From the IMG/VR virus record IMGVR_UViG_3300021399_004696: DNA of 64,000 nucleotides; one strand, given 5' to 3'. The translations under genes were made by a program, and so were the position numbers. Of this stretch, positions 28,277 to 39,800 are shown piece by piece; within the stretch, counting starts at the first letter, position 1, and the number at the start of each line of letters is the position of its first letter. The notes below the pieces were generated by a model. That model saw only the letters and a list, made by a program, of their open reading frames with translations. It searched no databases and was not told the origin of the DNA. The DNA comes from an uncultured virus (IMG/VR IMGVR_UViG_3300021399_004696) (taxonomy: Duplodnaviria; Heunggongvirae; Uroviricota; Caudoviricetes).

Positions 28277-29607
28277 AAAAGACAAGAGAAAGAATTGCCA
28301 AAGCTCTTGTTGCGTTTATGGTTGCAGGCTTGATGGCCGCTCCTGTATGTGCAGCAGGAATCGGTGACTCGGGAGTGTACACAGGTAATGACACTACGCT
28401 TACTATTCCCAAGGGAATCATCGTCAATAATGACGGATATACGCAGAGTTATTGCCCTAATATCACATTCTCGTTCGCTATCGCTCCCGCTACAGTTCCT
28501 GCCGGAACAACCATCACGGACAGTCAGGGCAATTCGATCAGCGTAACAGCCGGTGTTGCAAATGGTGTATCTACTACAGCAACGGCAGAGATCGCAGCAC
28601 AGAATGTCGTTGAGAGCGATGCCGGCGCTACTTCATTGAGCGAGCAGGTATCTGCTAACATGACGCTTTCTGTTGATCTGACACAGTTCACAACGCCTGG
28701 TGTTTATCGTTATACCATCACAGATACAACGACAAACGCTACACTTCTGGCGGCAGGTATTGTAAGACCTGATGACTATGATACAACTCGTGAGCTGGAT
28801 GTTTACATCGAGAGGAATGCTACAGACGGTACCCTCGGTGTTGCAGGTTATGCACTGAGCGATGATATTCCCGGTAACGTTGTAGCCGATACTCTTAAGA
28901 GCCCCGGTTATGTTGAAGACGGTGATATCGTATGGACAAGAGAGCCCGGTACAGACGGTGAGCTCGGTACAGCCGATGACGTATGGTCTGCCGATGCGGC
29001 TGAGAGCGATGTTATGGATCAGTACACCACATACAACCTTGATCTTAATAAGGTTGTTACAGGTAACATGGGTGATGTTGATCACGACTTCCCGTTCTCT
29101 ATCGCTATTGCTAACAGCGTAGCAAGTGGCCTTACCGTTGATAGCCACGTATTCGTAGGTGATGATACAGACGCTCTTGCACTCAATGCCGGAACATCTG
29201 CTATCGCAACTGTTTTGGCTGACGGCGACAACTACTATGTATATGGTCTCAATCCTTATGCAGTAGTAACCGTAACCGAGACAAACGATACAGCAAACGT
29301 CTATAAGACAACGATCTCTGACGGTAGCGCCGCAGCTCAGGCTGTTAACCCTAACGCTCAGATCAGTTCTGACGGTATTGCTGTTTCTGACTACGCTACA
29401 GTAAACAGTGCATCTGACGTAAGCAACGATCCTACGGCATCTGACGATCTCGCACTTACGTTTACTAACAATCTGCAGAGTCCTTCTGTTACAGGTTTCG
29501 TAGCAAGGATCGCTCCTTTCATCGCTCTTATCGGTGTTGTTGGCGGACTGTTCGGAATTTCTAAGGTGAAAGCAAAGAAGCAGAATGAAGGTACGGAAGA
29601 GTCTTGA
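28273..29607 (+). CDS. major pilin-like protein
   Basis: Signal peptide; FTTPGVYRYTI; KVVTGNMGD; FTNN; SPSVTG followed by TM and basic tail. Confidence 0.8.
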   Translation: MKKTRERIAKALVAFMVAGLMAAPVCAAGIGDSGVYTGNDTTLTIPKGIIVNNDGYTQSYCPNITFSFAIAPATVPAGTTITDSQGNSISVTAGVANGVSTTATAEIAAQNVVESDAGATSLSEQVSANMTLSVDLTQFTTPGVYRYTITDTTTNATLLAAGIVRPDDYDTTRELDVYIERNATDGTLGVAGYALSDDIPGNVVADTLKSPGYVEDGDIVWTREPGTDGELGTADDVWSADAAESDVMDQYTTYNLDLNKVVTGNMGDVDHDFPFSIAIANSVASGLTVDSHVFVGDDTDALALNAGTSAIATVLADGDNYYVYGLNPYAVVTVTETNDTANVYKTTISDGSAAAQAVNPNAQISSDGIAVSDYATVNSASDVSNDPTASDDLALTFTNNLQSPSVTGFVARIAPFIALIGVVGGLFGISKVKAKKQNEGTEES

Positions 29608-30121
29608 CAATTCCACAAAGTCGCCTTCTGACAAGAAGAAGGCATTTTCAGAGCTTAAGGTGTTAGCAATAAAACTTTTGGGTTTTGTCATAGCACTTTA
29701 TATAGCTTTTGGATATATCCTTGGCGTGAATACTATGCCTTCCGAGTATATGGACCCTTCGATCAAGTATCACGATAACGTGATCTATTCACGTATCAGC
29801 ACTGATTACTTTTTGAGAAACGTCATTGTTTATGACTACGAAGGCACAACATATCTCGGAAGAATAGTAGGAACGCCAGGTGATACTATCCAGATCGACG
29901 ATCAGGGAAATCTGTTTCAGAACGGCCATCTGGTCTATGAAACAGATATTTTCCTGAAATCGTCTTTTTCTCCTAATGTCGAGGTTACTTTGGGAGAAGG
30001 TGAGTATTTTGTACTTTGTGATAACAGGGCATATCTGAATGACAGCAGGACTTTCGGAGCTATTGATGAATCGCAGATCAAAGGCGTAGTCATTACGGTA
30101 GTAAGAAGGTTTGGAATATGA
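29585..30121 (+). CDS. signal peptidase I-like protein (SipA-type, catalytic Lys apparently absent)
   Basis: YMDPSI, YLGRIVGTPGD, DNR..NDSRTFG. Confidence 0.85.
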   Translation: MKVRKSLDNSTKSPSDKKKAFSELKVLAIKLLGFVIALYIAFGYILGVNTMPSEYMDPSIKYHDNVIYSRISTDYFLRNVIVYDYEGTTYLGRIVGTPGDTIQIDDQGNLFQNGHLVYETDIFLKSSFSPNVEVTLGEGEYFVLCDNRAYLNDSRTFGAIDESQIKGVVITVVRRFGI

Positions 30122-30843
30122 AAGCATATCAGGTATTAAGAAAAACAAACAACTTTATTTCGTTACTTATCGAGATAATGTGCCTTATATGTTTCGTGGT
30201 ACTTGGATTTATCCTGTATGACAATTATATGATCCAGCAGGACGCAATGGCGGATTATATAACACAGTACAAGCCTCAGATAAATGAGGAGACCGGTGAG
30301 TTTTCACTGGCTGAATTACAGGCGATCAATCCGGATGTAGTTGCCTGGGTAACTGTTGAGGATACACCTCTTGATTATCCGATATTACAGGGAAATCCGG
30401 AATTTACATATCTGAATCATGATATGGAAGGAAACAGTTGTCTGACAGGCTCGCTTTATATAGGCGTACGGGCCAACAGATACTTTGAAGATGATTACAC
30501 CATAGTATATGGGCATCATGTTGCGGGAGGAGCAATGCTCGGGTGCTTGGACTATTACGAAGACGATGAAGGTTATCTGGAAGAACATAGTCGCGGCACG
30601 TTAATAACCGAGAATCAAACATACGAAATCAAATTCTTGGCAGTTGCCAGGATTGATGCATATAACGATCTATATGCTTATACAACGATCGAGGATTTTA
30701 ACACGTATATACAGGAAGAAGATTTTGAGTTGGTCAGAGGATCGTTGGAAGACATAGATGAAGACAGTAAATTAATTATCTTTTCGACTTGCAGCACAAA
30801 CGGCACTACAGACCGAAAGCTGCTGATCGGAATTCTTACTTGA
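30118..30843 (+). CDS. srtB: class B sortase
   Basis: INPDVVAW, VYGHH, FSTC, DRKLLIG. Confidence 0.9.
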   Translation: MKAYQVLRKTNNFISLLIEIMCLICFVVLGFILYDNYMIQQDAMADYITQYKPQINEETGEFSLAELQAINPDVVAWVTVEDTPLDYPILQGNPEFTYLNHDMEGNSCLTGSLYIGVRANRYFEDDYTIVYGHHVAGGAMLGCLDYYEDDEGYLEEHSRGTLITENQTYEIKFLAVARIDAYNDLYAYTTIEDFNTYIQEEDFELVRGSLEDIDEDSKLIIFSTCSTNGTTDRKLLIGILT

Positions 30844-30862
30844 TAGACGGGAGGAAGCAATT

Positions 30863-33800
30863 ATGTATCGAGCAAAGACAAAGGTACTGGCATTTTCAGT
30901 AACAACTGCGTTGATGTTCAATGTTTTCGGAGGCGGCGTAGCGTTGGCAGTCGAATCTGCGGATACTACGGATGAGACTGTACCTGAAGGCTATACCTAC
31001 GAGGAAACAGCAGAAACAGAAGATCCCGAGGACATTCCGGCGGTTGAACGTACTGATCTTATAGAGCCTGAAGAGGGCGAGAGTACAACAGAGACGGAAG
31101 AAGCCGATCCGACAGACGCAACGGAAACTGAAGCTACGGAAAGCGGGGAGAGTTCAGAGGAAGTTACTCCCGCAGTAGTCAGCATTGATGATATTGATGA
31201 TGTCAGCGATACAGATGTTTTGGTCGTCGAGTCTGATGAAACGGAAACGACTGAAGCAGTTGAGGCCGTAGAAGAGCCCGCATTTGATATGACTGTCTCT
31301 TTGGACGATGTTGATGTCCGAGTAATGGCTGATGAAGGTGTGCTTCCTGTGGGGGCTACGCTTAGTGTATCGGTTGTTGATGATGTTGATACAGATGAGC
31401 TTATTGATAGGGGAGACAATGAGATCGTAGCCCTGTCAACCGTTTATGATATAACGATTTTTGATGAGAACGGGCAGGAGATACAACCAGATGGTGATGT
31501 CCGCGTTCTGTTTTATGATACAAGGTTTGCTGATTCAAACTTAACTGCTTCTGTTTATCACATTGAAGATGAAGAGGCTGTTGAGCTTGATTACGTTTTT
31601 GTCGACGAAAACGACGAGATCACTGAAGATATTGATGAAATGATCGCTGTTGAAGCAGTCACAGACGGCTTCTCATACTATACGGTCGAATTTACTTACG
31701 AGGAAATGGAGTACACACTTTCCGGTGGGGCTGATGTAGCTCTCAGTGAGATCCTGAATACTCTCGGCCTTGAGGGTGATGTTACAGCTACTTCCGTAAG
31801 CAATAATACATTATTTAATGTTATAGAAGAAAACGGTGTTCCGGTCGTAAGGTCTCTTCAGGCTTTTGACACAGAAGAGTGGTTAAAGGTTATTATTAAC
31901 GGTGTTGAGTATACGATCGTTGTTACAGACGCTCAGACAGCTACAGTCGGTACTGACGCTTACGCAATTCTTTACGATAGCGGGAAGATGGTATTCCAGA
32001 TTGGTGATACTCCCGACCCCGATGAGGGTACGGTTGTTTCAACTTGGCTCGTTACAGCAGCTCCTGATACGGGTTCAGGCGTTTCCCCCAGACCTTGGAA
32101 TAGTAATACAGATATAACAAGCATTGATTTTAAAGATCCTATCGAAGGCATTACCAGTGGTTTTAATTTCTTCTATGGTTTGACCAATCTTGCATCGATT
32201 ACAAACATAGATAATTTAGGTACAAGTGCAATGACTGCCATGAACGGAATGTTCCAGAACTGCCAGTCGCTGACTTCTATAGACCTGAATTATTTTGACA
32301 CAAGTTCAGTTACGAACATAGGTAATATGTTCTATGGCTGTTCATCTTTAACATCTCTGGATCTTTCTTCTATGGACGTAAGCAATGCATATAGTCGAGC
32401 TTGCTTGTTTACGGGGTGCAGCAACTTGTCCAGTATTGATATGTCCGGCTGGGTTTGGGTCAACGGCCCAGGCTCTATGGCCGGTGTTTTCTCGGGCTTT
32501 AACCCTACTAACGGGGTGGCTCTTGATGCTTCTGAATGGAGTTTCAGAAACGGTCAGCCTGCACATGTGTTTGGTAGAAGCTTTGCTGATTCCTGTATAT
32601 GGACTGATATTGACGTTTCCAACTGGGACCTTTCAAACCTGACTTCTTTACAGGGTTTCTTCTGTTCGCCCAGAATCCAGCACATAACCGGTCTCGATAC
32701 TTGGGATGTTTCGGGCATTTCGAGCTTTGATCAGACTTTCCAGGGCGCAAGTTCACTCAGCGCTGAGTCTTTGGCCGATACAGAAGGTTGGGATATGTCA
32801 AGCGCAACTAACCTTAGTAATATGTTTAACGGATGCTATCAGGCTACGTCGTTTGATCTGTCCGGCTGGAATGTAGAGAATGTTACTAATTTCGGTAATA
32901 TGTTTGCCGGTAACTATACCTTGACTGAACTTAATGTTTCCGGCTGGGATACAAGTGCAGCTCAGAACTTCAGTAATTTTATCGGCGGTACAGCCATCGA
33001 AGAAATAGACCTTACTTCTTTTAACACGGCTAATACTACCGGAATGAACAGCATGTTGGCTTCAACAGCGTTAAACAAAATAATTATCAGTGATGATTTT
33101 GTTATTCCAGCCAATCAGACTGCAACGACAGGGTATTGGAGAGTAGGGGATACGTCTACTGTTCTTTCGGCTTTTGCTAACGGTCAGATCTCAGCTACAA
33201 CGCCCGGGAATACTTACTGGCGTGCTTATCCTGTAACTTTTGATCCTAACGGCGGTACTATCAATGGAAGCACTGATACGGTAACGATCTATTATTCTGA
33301 GAATGTACAGGATGCATTCCCCGCAGATGCTGAAAGAACAGCCTATAATTTTATGGGTTGGGTTGACGGTGACGGAGTTCAATACACACAGATCGTAGCT
33401 GATATGCCTGATACGTTGTATGCTTCTTGGAGTGATTATATTCCTCAGACCGCAACGGTTGGCGTTGATGCGTACGCGATCCTTTATACAGACGGTTCTT
33501 TGGTATTCCAGAAAGGAAATATTCCTGATCCTGAAAAGACGGTTGCGCAGGGGCCGTTGCTTCTTACCGCCACTAATAATACATGGAGTACAGACAGCCG
33601 TTGGTATAATACAGCTACCAGCATGGAGTTTAAGGATAACATTGTAGGCCGTACATCACTTAACCAGTTCTTCGGCTATATGAATAAGGTTACGTCAATA
33701 TCTCACCTTGAGCGTTTGGATACAAGTCGAGTAACTAGCCTGACAGCGTGCTTTGCAAGCAGTAAAGTAACATCATTCCCTGGTCTTGAAACATGGGATA

Positions 33801-36800
33801 TGTCGTCTGTTGTTTTTATGGATAGGATGTTTGCGAACTGCACAAATATTACGGATCTTTCAACACTTCCTTTCGAAAACTGGGAGTTTGAGCGACCTGT
33901 AACTATGGATTATATGTTCCGAGATTGTTCTGGGCTTACTTCTTTGGACGGCATTGAAGATCTGGACATGTCGCATACAACATCGACAGCGGCTATGTTC
34001 CAAAATTGTAATAAAATTACTAATGTAGATGCTTTGGCCGATTGGGACATGTCTAATAACACCAACATGACTTCTATGTTCCGGAGTTGTACAGCGCTGT
34101 TAAACGCTGACGGAATAGCGGGCTGGGATTTTAGTAAAGTTTTAAGTACAGCATCAATGTTTAGGTTGTGTTCTAAGCTTACCAGTGTTCCCGATTTTGA
34201 GAATAAAGACTGGAGTTCTGTTACTGATATGAACTCTATGTTCTATTCATGCACTAAGTTGACAGACACATCCGGGCTTGAATATCTTGATCTTACGGCT
34301 CTTACTGACATGGGTTCTATGTTTTATCAGGCAGGCATTACCGACCTTAATGGGTTAAGAGGATGGAATACACCTGCTCTGCAGAACATGGCATATGCAT
34401 TCTATAGATGTGCGTCTTTGGCAGATACGACAGCAACGATCGGCTGGGATCTTCCGTCTTTGACAAATATGGCATCTGCTTTCTATCAAGACACATCTCT
34501 GGTTAATCTTAACGGATTGTCTGGGTGGAATACGCCGGCTTTGCAGGACTTAAGTTCTACATTTTCCATCTGTACCGGCTTGACAGACGTAGACGGTCTT
34601 TCCGGTTGGGATACAACGTCTGTTACAACAATGGAAAATACGTTCAGCGGTTGCTCTAAACTCGAAAACCTTGACGGTCTTTCTGATTGGGATACGCCCG
34701 CATTGACTACAATGTATCATACTTTTATTAATTGTCAGGGGCTTTTAGATATAGACGGCCTTACGGATTGGGATACGCCTGCTTTAACTAACATGGATCG
34801 CACTTTTTACAATGTTAATAAGGTTACCAACTTGGATGCGTTAGCAGGGTGGGATGTATCGCACGTTACGACATTGAACAGCACCTTCTATAATATGACG
34901 GCTTTGACTGATATTAGCGGTCTTTCAAGCTGGAATACCGGAAGTGTTACGAATATGGCATCGACTTTCTATGGTGATAGAAATATAACAGATTATGCTC
35001 CGCTTTCAGGTTGGGATGTTTCTTCTGTAACTTCGCTTTATTCGGCATTTAACAACAATACCGGCTTAACAGACACGGATGTCTTCAGCGAGTGGAGAAC
35101 GCCTGCATTAGATACAGCTTACGGTATGTTCGAAGGATGCTCAAATCTGACTACGCTTGACGGATTGGCAGATTGGGGGCCTACACATCTGACGAATATG
35201 AGTCGTATGTGTATTAACTGTTCTTCTTTGGTTGATATGGACGGTATTGCTGATTGGGATACACAGTATGTTACGACTTTTGATAGTCTGTTTTCCGGGT
35301 GTTCGTCATTAGAAGAAATCGACATGGGCTCTTGGGATATGAGTGCCAGCTGGGATTCATCATATAACAATACAAGCAGTATGTTTACCAACTGTAATGC
35401 TTTGTGGAAGATAACACTGCCTGAGACTTTTAGAACAGCTTATGCGACAACGAGTTATAATGAGCCCGGTCTTAACGGTATGTGGTACAGAGAATCGGAT
35501 GGTGCAAGACTTCAGATCAGACAGGATGTTCTTGAAGGCTTTGATGAAACCGATGCCGATACATACTATAAAGAGTTTACTTTGAATTTCTACCCTATGG
35601 GTGGAACAGTTGAGCCTGCAACTATTAAGTTATCCGTTCTTGGTATGGACGAAGATTTCCCGACACCTGTAAGAACAGGATATACGTTCTTGGGCTGGTA
35701 TGATGCTGATGGAAATCTTTATACGGAGTATCCGGTAGGGCGGAAGCTGACAAAGTTGTATGCGCACTGGGATGTTGCTGAAACTTATGCGATCGTCTTC
35801 GATCCTAACGGTGTTGAAGGAATAAATGCAGTTACACGTAATGTTGCGTTTGATGAGTCAACACAGCTCAATAGAGACGTATTTGGCGATGTTTCGGGCT
35901 ATAGTCTTATTAGTTGGAATACTGAGCCTGATGGTAGCGGAACTGAATATAGCGTAAATGCAACAGTCATGAGACTTGCTGAGAATCCGGGTGATACGAT
36001 CACATTGTATGCCCAGTGGGTTGAGCAGGTCCCGATGACAATAACAGTGCACTATATTGATTATAAGACGGGCGATGAGCTCGGATCGGCTACGTATAAT
36101 ACGGTTTCCGGTTCAACATGGGAAGATCTCGGAACAGATTATTACTTTACAACAGATGATTCCTATACAGCATATTTCTGGAGTAAACTTCCGGGTCTTG
36201 ACGGTGAGAGCCGTATGGATAATCCAGATTATGCAAATTCCAGCACGCAGTACAAGTCTTGGTATTCATATACTAGTGATAATGGTCAGGTAGTTCTTTA
36301 TAATACGGTTCTTGAAGAAACAGATACAGATCTGTATGTATATATGTTGCCACCTGTAGGCTTTAGGATCTGGTATCCTCAGCCTTTGCTTGATGAAGTA
36401 CCTGATTTTACAATGACGATCGATGGCGTTGATTATGCAAGCGGAGAGTATGTTCTTTATATGCCGTTCTATGATCCCACCGGAACTTATAGTAACGGTA
36501 TTACAAGATATACAACACGCGTATCTGTGAATCCTTATTATACTTGGGCCACAGACGCTAATGGTACGCCTGTTTCGGGTATGTCTTCAACAACAAGCTA
36601 TCCTCAGGCTGATGTAGAGCTTGTTACAAATAGGGGTGCCACATTTACAGCACCTTTCACAACGGTTTGGTATTACTTGCTTGCAGACGATTCGGTATCG
36701 ACTACAGGTAGCGGAAACTATGCGTATACGACTTATGATACTTCTAATGCTAATACGCAGTACGGATATTATAATACTCTTGGTTATGAGTACGGCGGAT

Positions 36801-39800
36801 ATTATAGAGGAGAAACGTACGATTTCTATATCTGTCCTCATTTGACCGTAGATTATAATTTGAATACCGGAAATCCTGATACAGATTCTCATCCTACAAG
36901 GCATTGGTTAAGTTCCGGTCAGAATGTTGATCCTACTGAACAGCGTGTTGCTTATTATATGAATACAAATGCCAGAGAAGGGTACACATTCCTTGGTTGG
37001 TCTTACACGCCTGATGGCGAAGTTGCTATTCCTGCATCTGATACTGAGTCGGCAAGATTTAATGCTCTGGAGCATACTGTTTTGTATGCACAGTGGGAGC
37101 TTACCGGAGATCCTACGATTACGCCTGAGCCGGCTGACAGTAATGCCAGATATATCAGGATTACCTATAATACTCAGAGAAGTGTAGTTGCGCCCGGTAC
37201 TTCGTTCAGTAATGAGTCGCAGATCATGGATATGTATTATGATGTGGAGTATCAAGAGAGTAAAGTTAATCCTGATACAGGCATTGATGAAGGTGGTTTC
37301 ACATTTGGCGGATATTTACCTGAACTTATGCCGATCCGTGATTATATGGTCACGAATAGTGACGGGACTACATACTACTTTGACGGTTGGTATACAGAGC
37401 CTAACGGTCAGGGCATTAAGGTAGAAGAAGGCACAGACGTTTATTGCGCTTATACGGAGAGCATGACCTTATATGGTCATTGGATCGAAGGTGTAAAGAT
37501 CTACTTTAATGCTTTCGGTGTTAATGCGCCGAGTTCAATAGACGATCTGACATATTACGGTGCAACTAATTACTCTGATGGGTATAAAGCAAACACCGAT
37601 ACATCTATCGATGCTCAGTATTATATGGTAATGAATCCTAATGTGCCCATCGGTAATATTTTGAAAAATATAAACGATCGTTCTACGCCTGCTACTAAAA
37701 CATTTATTGGCTGGTTTATGGACGATACTGATGCTCAGATGCTGACCGGTGAAGAGTTACCTATAGTGGATCACGTATATTGGGCGCATTGGTCTTCTGA
37801 TCCTGCAGTTACAACGGTAACGAGCGGAGATATTGAGTATAGTTACAGAATTGAGTGGGCTAATGTTTCTAACAGAGTTTCTGCGGATAAACTGTGGTTT
37901 GTTAATAAGCAGCCTGAGCAGAATATGATCATCAGCTTCTCTGTTAACTCTCCTACGCAGACCCTTCCTGCAGGTGCTATATCCATTAAGTTGCCTTATG
38001 AGGGGTCTATGCAGAATGTTGCCCAGTATCCTGACACGACGTACGGCGGTTTCTTCTCTTATCGCGTAGTAAGTCCTACGTGGAGTAACGATACGTACAT
38101 ACCCGGGTATTACGAACTTATTAATACAGTACCTATTTCCGGTGCCGGTATTGAGGGTGTTGTTGAGATCCCTGCGCCTACGCTCAGGCAGTCACCTACA
38201 GATAAGGCATACACCGTATCCATAACAGTTGATGAAGATGTTGATGGAACGCCTGAATATGAGTACGAGAAAGAAATGTCTTGGCACTTTGAGGGCGGTG
38301 TATCATATTTGAACGGTGCCAGCTATTATCAAGGTACTTATTATCAGACTTGGAATTCTTCTTGGGGCGCGCAACCTGCCGGCTCGGAAAACTATTTCTA
38401 TATTGATTGGGAGTTAAAAGCAAGCAGGTCTAATTCCAGTTATGTTGATGGTAGCGGTGTTATGTCTGCAACTGCAGTCGGAGCTCCTGCAGAAGGCGTT
38501 TATACCGTTAAAACGACAAGACGCAACGCCGGTAGTGGATCGTATCGCCTTCATGTTATCCGTGCTTATCCCATGTCTATGATAGACCCCGAATCCGGGC
38601 GTTGTACCGTAGATGAACAGTTTGCTGTTACTTGGAATCCTAATTTCGTGGTTCGTGGTACTACCAGTCCTGACACGATGATCATTGATGCTGAAAAAAC
38701 GGTTCGCTGGGAAAGATATACGCACGTAATGCTTAATTATTCCATGGGCCGTAACGGTACAGCACGCGAAAAGAACGTACTTGAAAACTTTGTTAGTGCT
38801 ACGGGGTCGCCTATCACAAACCTTCAGTGGCACGTAACTTATGAGAATAGCTCTCCTATTAACAGGGAGTACGATCACGGAGATCTTATTTCTTCAGAGT
38901 GGGTAAATGAAGAGATCGCGTTGTCTGTATTACCTGGGGATGTTTATTATAATTCGGGTGCGCCGGATGACTATTATGATTGGCACCCCGAGTTTGGTAA
39001 TGAAGTTCTCGGTCAGGAGGACTATGCTATTACAAATCTGTCGATCATTCGTTATTCCAGAACAGCAGATGCAGAGTTGGATGAGTCGATGCTGTGGGCA
39101 ACGTCTCGTATATATACAGATCCGATTACGGTAGATCTGTATGTACAGAGAAGGGGAGATACAGAGCCTGTTTATTATAATACTTATACGTTTAATAACG
39201 GATCTACAAGTCAGCAGAACATAACGCTTCCTGGCAATATTGTAGGTGTCGTGGCTAAGACACAGACGAATGGAGCATATTATTCATATTTCAGGATTCT
39301 TCCTACTTTGAAGATCCTGCATACGGATCGTATGGTCACATTGATGGGTAACGATTATAATCAGAATGCTTCTTCTGTAATCAAACTCGGATCACATCTG
39401 GACATTACATATCCCGATTATGGCGGATATAATCCCACAAACTTCTGGGATGAGGTTCACATGGAATTCTCTGAGGCTGAATCTACAGGTAGCGCTTTGC
39501 TGGATTTGTATGAGATTACCGGTAATAGGCTTGGAGATGTATCTATATACGCAGAAGGCGTTTGCTCTAGCTTTACAAACAATTCATCTACAGGTGTCCA
39601 AAGTGCAAAGTTTACCTTTGGTGTAAGGCACGCGTCAACAGAAGCTACGGATTATCGTAATATTACTGACGGTACTTTCTATATCTATCTGCCCGCAGGC
39701 GCTACGGCCCGTGACATATCGTTGGTTTACGGTAGAACTCAAAGTGCAATGCCTACCAGTGGAAACAGGGTATCCGGAAAGGTGCCCGACTCTAAATATA

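Noticed and set aside
32200..35400. Diversity-generating retroelement or CRISPR-like repeats in the adhesin
   Set aside because: Repeats are degenerate protein-level units; no reverse transcriptase or template/variable repeat pair seen.
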